Below are positions 1 through 10,099 of a stretch of DNA of 64,000 bases, piece by piece; position 1 is the first letter of the stretch, and each line of letters begins with the position of its first letter. Source of the DNA: Kiritimatiellia bacterium. GTDB lineage: Bacteria; Verrucomicrobiota; Kiritimatiellia; SLAD01. Below the pieces are notes generated by a model, which did not search any database, was not told where the DNA came from, and was given only the letters and a program-made list of their open reading frames with translations. The DNA is taken from NCBI GenBank assembly GCA_007136425.1, contig SLGY01000011.1, positions 5,559-69,558 on the forward strand, given 5' to 3'. Both the position numbers and the translations under genes were made by a program.

Positions 1-880
1 TGTCCTGGCCGGCAATGTCCGGCGCGCTGCCGTGCACGGGTTCGAACAGGCCGGTGCGTCCGCCCACACTGGCGGAAGGCAGCAAACCCAGCGAACCGCC
101 CAGCGTCGCGGCGGCATCCGACAGGATATCGCCGAACAGGTTCCCGGTGACGATCACATCGAACTGACGCGGATTCAGGACCAACTGCATGGCGGCGTTA
201 TCCACATACATGTGTTGCAGATCGATGTCGGCAAAGTCTTTGTCATGCACCTGTTGCACGACATCGCGCCAGAGCTGGGAGACGACCAGCACGTTGGCTT
301 TATCGACGGACGTCACGGCGCGCCGCCGTTTCCCGGCCCAGTCGAACGCCACGCGCGCCACGCGCTCGATTTCGGGCGTCGTATATACCATCGTGTTATA
401 GGCCTTTTCATGGTCGCCTTCCGGTTCACGCGCGCGCGGTTCCCCGAAATAGATGCCGCCCGTAAGTTCGCGTACCACCAGCAGGTCCGTATTCCGGACC
501 GCGTCCTCGCGCAGGGGCGATCCTTCCGCCAAAGCGTCCGGGACGAAGACGGGCCGCAAATTGGCAAAGGCGCCGAGCGCTTTGCGCAACTTCAATAACC
601 CGCTTTCCGGGCGCATGGCGCCGGTCAGATGATCCCATTTCGGGCCGCCCACCGCGCCCAGCACGACGCCGTCGGACGCAAGGCATTCCTCCAACACGTT
701 GGGCGGCAGGGGATCGTTATGCGCATCAATGGCGGCGCCGCCGGCGGGCAGTTCCTTGTAGCTGAATGTGAAATCGCCGTGCGCGGCGGCCAACTCCAGC
801 ACCGCCACCGCTTCGCGCGTGACGTCCGGTCCGATCCCGTCGCCGGGCAACAGTACAATCCGATAGGCGTCCTTACTCAT
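1..880 (-). CDS. leuB: 3-isopropylmalate dehydrogenase, C-terminus cut by the window edge
   Basis: Manual reverse-complement translation from 880 downwards gives MSKDAYRIVLLPGDGIGPDV...GGPKWD...LRKALGAFANLRP...ELTGGIYFG...SVDKANVL...NLFGDILSD...GSAPDIAGQD in one continuous frame; it is missing from the ORF track only because no stop codon lies inside the window; RBS AAGGA upstream. Confidence 0.88.
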   Translation of the reverse strand, partial: MSKDAYRIVLLPGDGIGPDVTREAVAVLELAAAHGDFTFSYKELPAGGAAIDAHNDPLPPNVLEECLASDGVVLGAVGGPKWDHLTGAMRPESGLLKLRKALGAFANLRPVFVPDALAEGSPLREDAVRNTDLLVVRELTGGIYFGEPRAREPEGDHEKAYNTMVYTTPEIERVARVAFDWAGKRRRAVTSVDKANVLVVSQLWRDVVQQVHDKDFADIDLQHMYVDNAAMQLVLNPRQFDVIVTGNLFGDILSDAAATLGGSLGLLPSASVGGRTGLFEPVHGSAPDIAGQD

Positions 881-914
881 GAATCATATCCTTTCTTAAG
901 AGGGCGTGCGCGGA

Positions 915-2201
915 TCATTCCGCCGCTTCAATTGTTTCCTTCACCGCCTGCGCCGCTTGTTGCAGGTCCTCGATTTCCATGTTCAGCGGCGGCATGAGAT
1001 AAATCACCGACCCCAGCGGGCGCAACAAATATCCACGTTCGCGCAACAGATGTTGCACACGCCGCGCGCGCGGCGGTGTCTCCGCGTCGGGCTTCAGTTC
1101 CACCGCGCCGATGAGTCCGAGGCAACGCACCTGCTGCACCGTTTCCCGTGTTTTCAACGAAGCCAGTTCCCCGGCCAGCACGCGCCCGGATTCCGCGGCG
1201 CGCGCGACGATCGATTCTTCCTCATAAATCCGTAGCGTTTCCAACGCCGCCGCCGCCGCGATCGGGTTACCGCTCCATGTGTGGCCGTGATAGAAAGTAT
1301 GATCGTCCGGCACATCGGAAAAGGTCTCATAGAGATCGTCCCGGACGATCACCGCGCTCAACGGCAGGTACCCCGCCGTGACGGCCTTGCCGACACAGAC
1401 CATATCCGGATCGATGCCCGCATGTTCGTAAGCGAACATCCGGCCCGTACGTCCGTAGCCCATGGCAATCTCGTCCACGATCAGCGGGATCTGCAATTGC
1501 CGACAGGTATCGGCCAGGCGCTTGAGATAGCCCGGCCCGTACATCTTCATGCCCGCCGCCCCCAGACAAAGCGGTTCCACGATCACGCCCGCAATCTCGT
1601 CCGCGTGTTCGGCGAGAAACGACGGGACGCCCGCAAAACACAAGGAATGGCAATCGGGATCCATGCACTCGCGACAATCGGGCACGTCCAGACGCCACGC
1701 CTCGTTCAGGGCGGGTCGCAACAGACGATGAAATTCCTCAAGATAACCCACACCGACCGCGCCGAGCGTATCGCCGTGATACGCCTCTTTCAACGACACG
1801 AACCGGGTACGTCTTGTATGTCCGGTCTGGTGCGCGTATTGCAGGGCGATCTTCAGCGCGGCCTCGACCGCGCTCGCCCCGTCGCTGGCAAAATGAACGT
1901 GCCGATCGGGGGTGGGCATCAGCCCGGCCAGTCGTTCCGCCAATTCCAGTGCGGGCGGGTGCGAGAGGTTGCCGAGAATGCTGTGCTGCAGGATCTCCGC
2001 CTGTTGTTGAATGGCGCGCACGATGCGCGGATGTGAGTGCCCCAGCGAACAGGCCCACCACGAGGACACCGCGTCCACATAACGGGCGCCCGACGCTTCA
2101 TACAGGTACGGGCCTTCGCCGCGTACAATGCACGGTAACCCCGCGTGCACGGCCGAAAACCGCGTATACGGGTGCCAGAGATGTGAAGGCCCATCAGTCA
2201 T
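915..2201 (-). CDS. bioA: adenosylmethionine-8-amino-7-oxononanoate aminotransferase (class III PLP aminotransferase)
   Basis: 438-aa ORF with WHPYT, VSSWW and class-III aminotransferase PLP-lysine region; ORF-track start 2231 is a GTG; internal ATG at 2201 (MTDGPSHLWHPYT) is the more likely start. Confidence 0.85.
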   Translation of the reverse strand: MTDGPSHLWHPYTRFSAVHAGLPCIVRGEGPYLYEASGARYVDAVSSWWACSLGHSHPRIVRAIQQQAEILQHSILGNLSHPPALELAERLAGLMPTPDRHVHFASDGASAVEAALKIALQYAHQTGHTRRTRFVSLKEAYHGDTLGAVGVGYLEEFHRLLRPALNEAWRLDVPDCRECMDPDCHSLCFAGVPSFLAEHADEIAGVIVEPLCLGAAGMKMYGPGYLKRLADTCRQLQIPLIVDEIAMGYGRTGRMFAYEHAGIDPDMVCVGKAVTAGYLPLSAVIVRDDLYETFSDVPDDHTFYHGHTWSGNPIAAAAALETLRIYEEESIVARAAESGRVLAGELASLKTRETVQQVRCLGLIGAVELKPDAETPPRARRVQHLLRERGYLLRPLGSVIYLMPPLNMEIEDLQQAAQAVKETIEAAE

Positions 2202-2205
2202 GACG

Positions 2206-2317
2206 TTTTCCAATCGTTGGAACGCTCGCACGCATCATTTTCCAATCGTTGGAAGAAAAGTGCGCATATTTTCCAATCGTTGGAAGGGTTTGACGCCCTG
2301 TTTTCCAATCGTTGGAA
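2206..2317. promoter_or_regulatory. array of four identical 17-bp boxes TTTTCCAATCGTTGGAA (TTCCAA-N4-TTGGAA inverted repeat) at 31-32 bp phasing across the bioA start/promoter
   Basis: Exact copies at 2206-2222, 2238-2254, 2269-2285, 2301-2317; spacers are not conserved, so the boxes rather than the spacers are the repeated unit. Confidence 0.6.
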
Positions 2318-2356
2318 AATGTAGTTCCTCTCGTCTCATCCGCCCCTTGGGTTCTT

Positions 2357-2390
2357 ACACTCGACACCCGACACCCGACACTCGACACCC
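2357..2390. repeat. heptanucleotide tandem repeat (ACTCGAC/ACCCGAC)x4.5
   Basis: acactcgacacccgacacccgacactcgacaccc read directly, immediately downstream of the frr stop. Confidence 0.8.
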
Positions 2391-2393
2391 TCC

Positions 2394-2957
2394 TCAGACC
2401 TCCATCACGTCTTTTTCTTTTGCGTCGAGCATGTCGTCGATTTGTTTGATGTAATCGTCGGTGTATTTCTGGATCTCTTCGAGGCCGCCGTCCCGTTCGT
2501 CTTCCGAGATGGTGCTGTTTTTTTGCAGGTTCTTGATGGTGTCGTTGGCTTCGCGGCGCACGTTGCGGATCGCCACCCGTTGATCTTCCGCCATGCGTTT
2601 GGCCACTTTAAGTAGCTCCTTTCGGCGTTCTTCGCTCAACTCGGGGATCGGCACGCGAATGACGCGCCCGTCGTTCATCGGGGTGACGCCGAGATTGGCG
2701 GCGAGGATGGCCTTTTCAATCGCGGGCAGGGCCGAGGGGTCGTACGGGTTGATAACGATCAATCGCGGTTCGGGCGTGGCGATGCCGGCCAGTTCCTTCA
2801 GTCGCGTTTGCGCACCGTAATAATCGACCGTGATATTCTCCACCAGACTGGGGGAGGCCTTGCCCGTGCGCAGGCCGTTGAATTCCTGATGCAGGAACTC
2901 GACGGATTTGCTCATTTTGTCTTCCGATTCGAGGAGAATGTCATCAACGCTTTCCAT
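2394..2957 (-). CDS. frr: ribosome recycling factor
   Basis: 187-aa ORF; typical RRF sequence (VENITVDYYG...PLNEL...LSEERRKEL). Confidence 0.93.
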   Translation of the reverse strand: MESVDDILLESEDKMSKSVEFLHQEFNGLRTGKASPSLVENITVDYYGAQTRLKELAGIATPEPRLIVINPYDPSALPAIEKAILAANLGVTPMNDGRVIRVPIPELSEERRKELLKVAKRMAEDQRVAIRNVRREANDTIKNLQKNSTISEDERDGGLEEIQKYTDDYIKQIDDMLDAKEKDVMEV

Positions 2958-2975
2958 GGTGTGCGTCCCTTTCTG

Positions 2976-3713
2976 TCATTGCTGTTCTACAATCGTGCCG
3001 ACGGATTCCCCGCTGAGCACGCGTATGATTTCATCTTTTTTGAAGAAATTGAAGACGATGATGGGGATCCGGTTCTCCATGCAGAGGGAGAAGGCGGCGG
3101 CGTCCATGATCTTGAGTCGCTGTTGCAGCGCGTCGCTGTAGGAGATGCGTTCGTATCGGACGGCGTCGGGATCTTTTTCCGGATCGGCGCTGTAGATGCC
3201 GTCGACCTTTGTTCCTTTGATCAGGGCATCGGCTTTGATCTCGCTGGCGCGCAAGGCGGCGGCGCTGTCCGTCGTGAAGAAGGGGTTGCCGGTGCCGGCG
3301 CCGAAAATGACGATGCGGCCCTTTTCCAGGTGGCGCAGGGCGCGGCGCCGTATGAACGTTTCGGCGACCGACGGGATGGCAATGGCGGTCATGACACGGG
3401 TATGCACGCCGGTCTTTTCGAGCGCGGATTGTAGGGCCAGACTGTTGATCACCGTGGCGAGCATGCCCATGTGATCGCCCGTGGTTCGGTCGACCCCGCT
3501 GTTCTCACCGGTCAGGCCGCGAAAGATGTTTCCACCTCCGACGACGACGGCCACTTCGATGCCCATTTCCCGTACGCGCTTGAGTTGTTCGGCGATAGCG
3601 CCAAGTACGAGGGGATCAAGACTCCTGCCGGATTGCTGATTCTGCAATGCCTCGCCGCTCAGTTTCAGCAGGACCCGTTTATACGGTGGTTTGTTTGTCA
3701 TGATGTGTTCCAA
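2976..3713 (-). CDS. pyrH: uridylate kinase
   Basis: [23 protein letters not shown], amino-acid kinase family; classic frr-pyrH pairing. Confidence 0.93.
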   Translation of the reverse strand: MEHIMTNKPPYKRVLLKLSGEALQNQQSGRSLDPLVLGAIAEQLKRVREMGIEVAVVVGGGNIFRGLTGENSGVDRTTGDHMGMLATVINSLALQSALEKTGVHTRVMTAIAIPSVAETFIRRRALRHLEKGRIVIFGAGTGNPFFTTDSAAALRASEIKADALIKGTKVDGIYSADPEKDPDAVRYERISYSDALQQRLKIMDAAAFSLCMENRIPIIVFNFFKKDEIIRVLSGESVGTIVEQQ

Positions 3714-3903
3714 AAGGTTGCGCCGCCTTATTCCTCGCTAGGCTAAGGCAAGTCCGCGTGTCTGTAAAGAAGGATGAGATCGGGCTTTCCCTGATAGACG
3801 GTAAGCTATTTCAACCGATACCGTACTTTGCGTGTGGTGGGTATCGTGTCGTATACGCAGGGAACTGACGGATCATCCTCATAGGAAAACGAGGAGGGCG
3901 GCA

Positions 3904-4434
3904 ATGGATAAAGTACGCGTAGCTACGGTCTGGTTGGACGGGTGTTCGGGGTGTCACATGTCCTTCCTGGATATCGATGAACGCCTGTTGCAGGTGGCGG
4001 ACCGGATCGATCTGGTGTACAGCCCGCTGGTCGATCATAAGGAGTTTCCGGAAGGTGTGGACGTGACGTTTCTCGAAGGGGCGATTACGAACCAGGACGA
4101 CTTCGATAAAGTGAAGAAAGTCCGGAAACGATCGAAGCTTCTGGTTAGTCTGGGGGACTGCGCCGTAACCGCGAACGTGCCGTCGATGCGTAATTTTTGT
4201 TCCCTGGACGACCTCTATTCCCGCGCCTATCTGGAGAACGTTTCCGAGCAGCCGCAGATTCCGACGGAAGAGATTCCGCCCTTGCTGGATCGTACGCGGC
4301 CGGTGCACGAGGTGGTGTCCGTGGATTTGTTCGTGCCGGGTTGCCCGCCGCATCCCGATCACATTTTCTTCGTCATCAGCGAGCTGCTGGAAGGGCGCGT
4401 ACCGGATCTCGCGCAGGTGGTTCGCTTTGGATAA
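3904..4434 (+). CDS. hoxY: [NiFe]-hydrogenase small subunit, group 3 (NuoB-like, HoxY type)
   Basis: MDKVRVATVWLDGCSGCHMSF...GDCA...VPGCPP cysteine pattern of NuoB-like small subunits; RBS GGAGGG before ATG at 3904 (track ORF from 3832 is an upstream extension). Confidence 0.85.
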   Translation: MDKVRVATVWLDGCSGCHMSFLDIDERLLQVADRIDLVYSPLVDHKEFPEGVDVTFLEGAITNQDDFDKVKKVRKRSKLLVSLGDCAVTANVPSMRNFCSLDDLYSRAYLENVSEQPQIPTEEIPPLLDRTRPVHEVVSVDLFVPGCPPHPDHIFFVISELLEGRVPDLAQVVRFG

Positions 4435-4525
4435 ACGATCGGGGGCTACGCGTTAGCGTCTGACGGGGCAATAGGACGACGGAATATCTGAATAAACGCA
4501 ACGAACAGCAAAGCGATATAGTGAC

Positions 4526-5950
4526 ATGAGCAAGACCATTACCATAGATCCCGTGACCCGCATTGAGGGGCACTCTAAAATCACCCTGTATCTCAATGAC
4601 GAGGGCGAGGTAAACGACGCGCGCTTTCACGTGACTCAATTTCGCGGGTTCGAAAAGTTTACCGAAGGCCGGCCCTTTTATGAAATGCCCGCGATCACGG
4701 CCCGTATATGCGGGATTTGTCCGATCAGCCATTTGCTGGCGTCGGCCAAGGCCTGCGACGCGTTGTTGGCCGTATCCATTCCGCCCGCTGCGGAGCGCTT
4801 GCGCCGGATCCTGCATATGGGGCAGACGATCCAATCGCATGCGTTGAGTTTCTTTCATTTGAGCGCGCCGGACTTGCTGCTGGGCATGGACGCCGATCCG
4901 GCGCGACGTCATGTGTTGGGATTGGCCGAGGCGCATCCCGAGATTGCGCGGGAGGGCGTCTGGTTGCGTATGTTCGGGCAGCAGATCATCGAATGGCTTG
5001 CCGGACGACGGGTACACCCCTCGTGGGCGGTGCCGGGCGGTGTCGGCAGTCCGCTGACCGAAGAGGTGCGCGATCGGATTCTGGAGATGGTACCGCGCGG
5101 ATTGGATATTGCGCAACGCGCGCTGGATCTGTTTCGCGGTGTGTTGGGCGAGTTCGACAAAGAGATTGAAACGTTCGCCAATTTCCCGTCGTTGTTCGTC
5201 AGCCTCGTGACACCGAAGGGCGAGTTGGAGTTGTATGACGGCGTATTGCGGGTGGTAGACGCGGACCGCAAGCTGGTGGACGACGGCTTGGACCCCGCCG
5301 GTTACGCCGATCATCTGGGCGAGGCGGTGGAACCCTGGTCCTACCTGAAGATGCCCTATTACAAGCCGATCGGCTATCCCGACGGGCTTTATCGTGTGGG
5401 GCCGTTAGCCCGCCTGAACACGGCGGACCGGTGCGGGACGCCTTTGGCGGATGCGGCTCTGGAGGAATTCCGTAAGCTGGCCGACGGCGCGGTGTTGAGT
5501 TCGTTCTATTTTCATTATGCGCGCCTGATTGAAATTCTTTTCGCTTTGGAACGGCTGCGCGAGTTGTTGGAGCATCCCGATATTTTGAGTGATCGCGTGC
5601 GCGCCGTGGCCGAACCGAACGCGGAAGAGGGTGTGGGCGTCGCGGAAGCACCGCGAGGCACGTTGATCCATCATTACCGCATCAACGACGAAGGCCTGAT
5701 TTCGTGGGCGAACCTGATTATCGCGACGGGACACAATAACATGGCCATGAATCGCGGTATCCTTCAGGCGGCAAAGGAATTCGTGCATGGGGACCGCATT
5801 CAGGAAGGCGCTTTGAACCGTGTGGAAGCCGTCATCCGCTGTTACGACCCGTGTTTGAGTTGTTCCACCCATGCACTGGGCCAGATGGCTATACGGCTCG
5901 AGTTAATGGATCATGAAGGGAACGTGCTTGATGAACGAATGCGGGAATAG
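4526..5950 (+). CDS. hoxH: [NiFe]-hydrogenase large subunit, group 3 (HoxH type)
   Basis: N-terminal RIEGH...[10 protein letters not shown] (L1 motif) and C-terminal DPCLSCSTH (L2 motif) followed by a short tail that the maturation protease removes. Confidence 0.92.
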   Translation: MSKTITIDPVTRIEGHSKITLYLNDEGEVNDARFHVTQFRGFEKFTEGRPFYEMPAITARICGICPISHLLASAKACDALLAVSIPPAAERLRRILHMGQTIQSHALSFFHLSAPDLLLGMDADPARRHVLGLAEAHPEIAREGVWLRMFGQQIIEWLAGRRVHPSWAVPGGVGSPLTEEVRDRILEMVPRGLDIAQRALDLFRGVLGEFDKEIETFANFPSLFVSLVTPKGELELYDGVLRVVDADRKLVDDGLDPAGYADHLGEAVEPWSYLKMPYYKPIGYPDGLYRVGPLARLNTADRCGTPLADAALEEFRKLADGAVLSSFYFHYARLIEILFALERLRELLEHPDILSDRVRAVAEPNAEEGVGVAEAPRGTLIHHYRINDEGLISWANLIIATGHNNMAMNRGILQAAKEFVHGDRIQEGALNRVEAVIRCYDPCLSCSTHALGQMAIRLELMDHEGNVLDERMRE

Positions 5951-6422
5951 AACCCTTGTCATCGGATGGGGGAACGAGCTCCGCAGCGACGACGGCGCGG
6001 GACGCGTCGCGTCGCGCGCATTGGCCGGGTTGGGACTTCCAAGCGTGAAGGTGCTGGACGTGCACCAACTAACGCCGGAACTGGCTGAATACATCAAGGA
6101 CGCGGACCGCGTTTTCTTTATCGACGCGTGTCCGGCGGCGGAGTGTACGGGGGTGTATCTCCGCGCCCTGCAAGACCGGCGGGATGATGCATGGGTAAGG
6201 CCCTCGGCGAGCGGTCATGCCGGCTCGCCTCGTGAGCTGCTCCGGTTCACGGAGGAATTGTTTGGTGCAAGGCCCGAGGCATGGCTGGTGGCCGTGCCCG
6301 CCCATTCGTTCGATATCGGTGAAGGGCTTACGCCGGAAACACGACGCGCCGTAGAACAAGCGGTCGAGCAGGTCCAGATTCTGATGCAGCATACGGAAGG
6401 AGCAAGCCATGAGTGTGCGTGA
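5931..6422 (+). CDS. hoxW: hydrogenase maturation endopeptidase (HoxW/HycI family)
   Basis: [18 protein letters not shown] motif typical of hydrogenase C-terminal proteases; overlaps the hoxH end (alternative start 5913). Confidence 0.8.
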   Translation: MNECGNRTLVIGWGNELRSDDGAGRVASRALAGLGLPSVKVLDVHQLTPELAEYIKDADRVFFIDACPAAECTGVYLRALQDRRDDAWVRPSASGHAGSPRELLRFTEELFGARPEAWLVAVPAHSFDIGEGLTPETRRAVEQAVEQVQILMQHTEGASHECA

Positions 6423-6939
6423 AGAGGCGCCCTTGAGTGCGGAACAGGTGGACGAAGTCATCGAGCGGTTCCCGGGTCGAACCGGTGATGTCCTGCGCAT
6501 CCTCGAAACCCTGCAGGAAATGCATCCGCTGAAGTATCTGCCGGAGGCCACATTGAAATATGTCGCCGAACGTAAAGGGCTCGCTTTGTCGAACGTATTT
6601 AGCGTGGTGACCTTCTATTCGTTTTTCAATCTGAATCCGCAAGGCCGGCACACGATCATGGTTTGTCGCGGTACGGCTTGTCACACGCGCGGCTCGAAAC
6701 TGTTGCTGGACGGTTTGATGTCGGAATCCGGCGGGTCGGCGAACGGGGATGACGCGTCGTCGTCTTTCACGACGCCGGACCATGAATTGACCGTGCGCAC
6801 GGTGGCGTGTTTCGGGCAGTGCGCGCTGGCGCCGGTCGTGTCGGTTGACGAGGATATTCACGGGCACATGAGCGATCTGAAACTCAAGCGCATGGTACGC
6901 GGCATTGTCAAGAGAGAGGCCAAAGATGATAATTCGTGA
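6409..6939 (+). CDS. hoxE: NAD(P)H dehydrogenase 24-kDa subunit-like diaphorase subunit (NuoE/HoxE, thioredoxin-like [2Fe-2S])
   Basis: CRGTACHTRGS...CFGQCALAP cysteine motif of NuoE-family [2Fe-2S] proteins. Confidence 0.85.
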   Translation: MSVREEAPLSAEQVDEVIERFPGRTGDVLRILETLQEMHPLKYLPEATLKYVAERKGLALSNVFSVVTFYSFFNLNPQGRHTIMVCRGTACHTRGSKLLLDGLMSESGGSANGDDASSSFTTPDHELTVRTVACFGQCALAPVVSVDEDIHGHMSDLKLKRMVRGIVKREAKDDNS

Positions 6940-9900
6940 TCTCGACACGCTGAATGATATTCGCCAGACGCGTTTGAACCGTCTGCTCCGATCGCGGCCG
7001 CGTATCGGCGTGGGGATGGGCACGTGCGGCGTGGGTAACGGGGCGCAAACGGTCTATGACGCGCTGGCGGAGGCATTGGTTGAAAAGGGGTTGGACGCGG
7101 ATCTGGAGCCGGTAGGGTGTTTCGGGTTCTGCGCCGTCGAGCCGTTGGTGAACGTCTATTTACCCGGCCGGCCGCTGGTCATATTGGCCGAAGTGACACC
7201 CGAAGACGTGCCGCATATCGTGGACGAAATCGCGGACGGTCGCGTGCCCACGACGAAGGCGTTGTGCCGGATCGAGGAATGGGATCACCTGACGGGGGAG
7301 GTGCGGTTCGGCCGCGGGTTGTCCGAGATCCCGTTGTGGAACGAAATTCCGTTTTTCCAAGGGCAACAGAAGATCGTGCTGCGCAATTGCGGTTTGATCA
7401 ATCCGGAACGCCTTGATGACTATATCGCCGTGGGCGGCTATTTCCCGTTGTATCAGGCCCTGCATAAGCCGGGCGGCGACCAGATCATCGAGGAGATCAA
7501 CAAGGCCAACCTGCGAGGACGCGGCGGCGCCGGCTATCCGACCGGGGTCAAATGGAATCTGATGCGCAAGGCGAAGGCGGACACGAAATACATGATTTGC
7601 AACGCCGACGAAGGTGATCCCGGCGCGTACATGAACCGGAACGAGATTGAGAGCGATCCGCATATGCTGCTGGAAGGCATGTTGATCGGCGCGTATGCAA
7701 CGGAGTCGAATAAGGGCATCGTCTATCTGCGGGCGGAATATCCGCTCGCCGTACAACGTCTTGAGAAGGCCGTCCAGGACGCGCGCGAAGCGGGACTGCT
7801 GGGCGAACGGATTCTGGGCACGTCCTTTTCTTTTGACGTCGAACTCGTGGAAGGGGCGGGCGCGTTTGTATGCGGCGAAGAAACGTCGATGATTGCTTCG
7901 CTGGAAGGGCGCGCCGGTCGGCCGCGACCCCGCCCGCCGTTTCCCGCGCAGTCGGGTTTGTGGGGGTATCCGACGAATATCAACAATGTGGAGACGTGGT
8001 GCAATGTGCCGGTCATTGTCAGCCGGGGCGGCGCATGGTTCGCCGGCGTGGGTACGCCGAACAGTACGGGGACGAAAGTCTTTTCGCTCGTCGGCAAGGT
8101 GAAGAACACGGGGCTTGTGGAAATGCCGTTGGGGGCGCCGTTGAAGAATATCGTTTACGGGATTGGTGGAGGAAGCCCGGCGGCGAAACGGATCAAGGCC
8201 GTCCAGACGGGCGGGCCGTCGGGCGGATGTATTCCCGCAAAACATTTCGATACGTCGGTTGATTACGAATCGCTCGGAGCGCTCGGGGCGATCATGGGGT
8301 CGGGCGGCATGGTGGTGATGGACGAAGACAATTGCATGGTGGATGTGGCCCGCTATTTCCTGGAGTTCACCCATTCCGAATCGTGCGGCAAGTGTATCCC
8401 GTGCCGGGTCGGTTTGGATGAAGCCGTTCGCATACTGCGAAAGATATGTGACGGCGAGGCGGACATGGCGGATGTGGATAAACTGGAGGAGCTGGCGCCC
8501 ATGATTCGGGACGCGTCGTTGTGTGGATTGGGGCAAACGGCGCCGAACCCGGTGTTGACGACGCTCCGTTATTTCCGGGAGGAATACGAGGAGCATATTC
8601 GCGCGCGGCGTTGTTATGCCGGTGTGTGCGAAAAGTTATACCTGTCCCCGTGCGAGAACAGTTGTCCGCTCAACATGCGTATTCCGGCGTTTCTGGAACT
8701 GCTCAAAGAGGATCGTTTGGAAGACGCCGCGGAAATGGTCTGGCTGGACAATCCGTTGCCGGCGTCGACCGGGCGCATTTGCCAACATCCGTGCGAGAGT
8801 CAATGTCGGCGCGGCGACGAGGATGCCCCGGTTAATATGCGCGAAGTGCATCGTTACATCGCCGATACGGTCTTCGACGGGCCTTTGATGGAACGCGTGC
8901 GTGCACGTCTTCTGGAGGACCGGTTCGAGGCCACCGGCAAGCGTGTGGCGGTGATCGGGGCGGGGCCTTCCGGTCTGTCCGCCGCGTTTTATCTCGCCAT
9001 GCTCGGCCACGAGGTGATCGTCTACGAAGAACGGGACGAACCGGGCGGCATGCTGCGCTACTGCTTGCCCGAATATCGTTTGCCGAAAGACGTGTTGCGC
9101 GCGGAAATTGACGTGCTTGAATCGTTGGGCATCCGTTTTGAATACGGGCAGACGCTGGGCGCGGGGCTTTCGCTGGATAGCCTGGAGCAAGATTGTGACA
9201 CGGTATTTCTTGCAACGGGCACCTGGAACGAGACGCGCGCGGGTTGCACAGGCGAAGACGCGCCGGACGTGTGGCACGCCATCACGTTTCTTGAACAAGT
9301 CGCACTGGGCGCGCCTCCGTCCGTTGGCGAACGCGTGGTGGTGGTCGGCGGCGGGAACGCGGCGGTGGATTCCGCGCGTACCGCGGTGCGACTCGGGGCG
9401 AAGTCCGTGACCATCGTCTACCGGCGCGAACGATCCGACATGCCGGCCATCGCCGAAGAAGTCTATGACGCCGAGGCGGAAGGCGTGGAGGTACGCTTCT
9501 TCCTTTCGCCGCAACGCGTGGTCACGGACAACGACGGACACGTCAAGGGAATTGAATTGCGGAAGACGGTACCGGGCGAATTCGACGCCTCGGGACGACG
9601 CACGCCGGTCTCCACCGACGAAATCCTGAAGCTGCCCTGTGATTTGGTGATCATGGCGGTAGGCGAGAAGCCCGATCCCGATCCCCTGCGCCGGGCGGGC
9701 ATCCATGTGCGGGACAATTATACGGCGAAGGTCGATTGGATGACCTATAAGACCAACCGGCCCCGGGTCCACGCGGGCGGCGACCTGGTGACGGGCGCCT
9801 CGAACGTCTCGGCCACCATGGCCACCGGCAAGGCCGCCGCGCGCGCGATCGACCGGATCCTCATGGGCGAAGACCGGTTGGATCGGGTTCTTAAGGTTTT

Positions 9901-10099
9901 CACATACGAAAATCGTGTTCCGCTGGAGCCGGAAGGCGGTGATCGACAGGTTGCGCGGCACCGGGCGCCGGACGATCGCAAGAATAACTTCGAAGAGGTC
10001 ATGCTCGGATACGGCGCCGAGGCGGCGATTCTTGAGAGCCGCCGATGTCTGCGCTGCGATGTGAAGGAACAGTGCGCCGTGAAAGGGGGGACATCATGA
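6926..10099 (+). CDS. hoxF: diaphorase subunit HoxF (NuoF-like FMN/NADH module) fused to a C-terminal GltD-like FAD/NAD(P)H oxidoreductase module
   Basis: GRGGAGYPTGVKW (FMN) and CGKCIPCR (4Fe-4S) of NuoF; then CENSCPLNMRIP...CQHPCESQCRRG (two Fe-S motifs of GltD N-term), VAVIGAGPSGLSAAFYL and VVVGGGNAAVDSAR (FAD and NADPH Rossmann folds); track start 6905 is a TTG, so ATG 6926 is preferred. Confidence 0.85.
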   Translation: MIIRDLDTLNDIRQTRLNRLLRSRPRIGVGMGTCGVGNGAQTVYDALAEALVEKGLDADLEPVGCFGFCAVEPLVNVYLPGRPLVILAEVTPEDVPHIVDEIADGRVPTTKALCRIEEWDHLTGEVRFGRGLSEIPLWNEIPFFQGQQKIVLRNCGLINPERLDDYIAVGGYFPLYQALHKPGGDQIIEEINKANLRGRGGAGYPTGVKWNLMRKAKADTKYMICNADEGDPGAYMNRNEIESDPHMLLEGMLIGAYATESNKGIVYLRAEYPLAVQRLEKAVQDAREAGLLGERILGTSFSFDVELVEGAGAFVCGEETSMIASLEGRAGRPRPRPPFPAQSGLWGYPTNINNVETWCNVPVIVSRGGAWFAGVGTPNSTGTKVFSLVGKVKNTGLVEMPLGAPLKNIVYGIGGGSPAAKRIKAVQTGGPSGGCIPAKHFDTSVDYESLGALGAIMGSGGMVVMDEDNCMVDVARYFLEFTHSESCGKCIPCRVGLDEAVRILRKICDGEADMADVDKLEELAPMIRDASLCGLGQTAPNPVLTTLRYFREEYEEHIRARRCYAGVCEKLYLSPCENSCPLNMRIPAFLELLKEDRLEDAAEMVWLDNPLPASTGRICQHPCESQCRRGDEDAPVNMREVHRYIADTVFDGPLMERVRARLLEDRFEATGKRVAVIGAGPSGLSAAFYLAMLGHEVIVYEERDEPGGMLRYCLPEYRLPKDVLRAEIDVLESLGIRFEYGQTLGAGLSLDSLEQDCDTVFLATGTWNETRAGCTGEDAPDVWHAITFLEQVALGAPPSVGERVVVVGGGNAAVDSARTAVRLGAKSVTIVYRRERSDMPAIAEEVYDAEAEGVEVRFFLSPQRVVTDNDGHVKGIELRKTVPGEFDASGRRTPVSTDEILKLPCDLVIMAVGEKPDPDPLRRAGIHVRDNYTAKVDWMTYKTNRPRVHAGGDLVTGASNVSATMATGKAAARAIDRILMGEDRLDRVLKVFTYENRVPLEPEGGDRQVARHRAPDDRKNNFEEVMLGYGAEAAILESRRCLRCDVKEQCAVKGGTS

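Noticed and set aside
32-598. Plus-strand 188-aa ORF at the window start
   Set aside because: It is the antisense shadow of leuB; the minus strand translates into a continuous, highly conserved LeuB sequence.
7160-8596. 478-aa minus-strand ORF inside hoxF
   Set aside because: Arg/His-rich, no family resemblance, antisense to a strongly conserved NuoF-like coding sequence; a typical high-GC antisense ORF. The same applies to 8636-9961(-), 5405-5872(-), 4376-5314(-) and 16648-17535(-).
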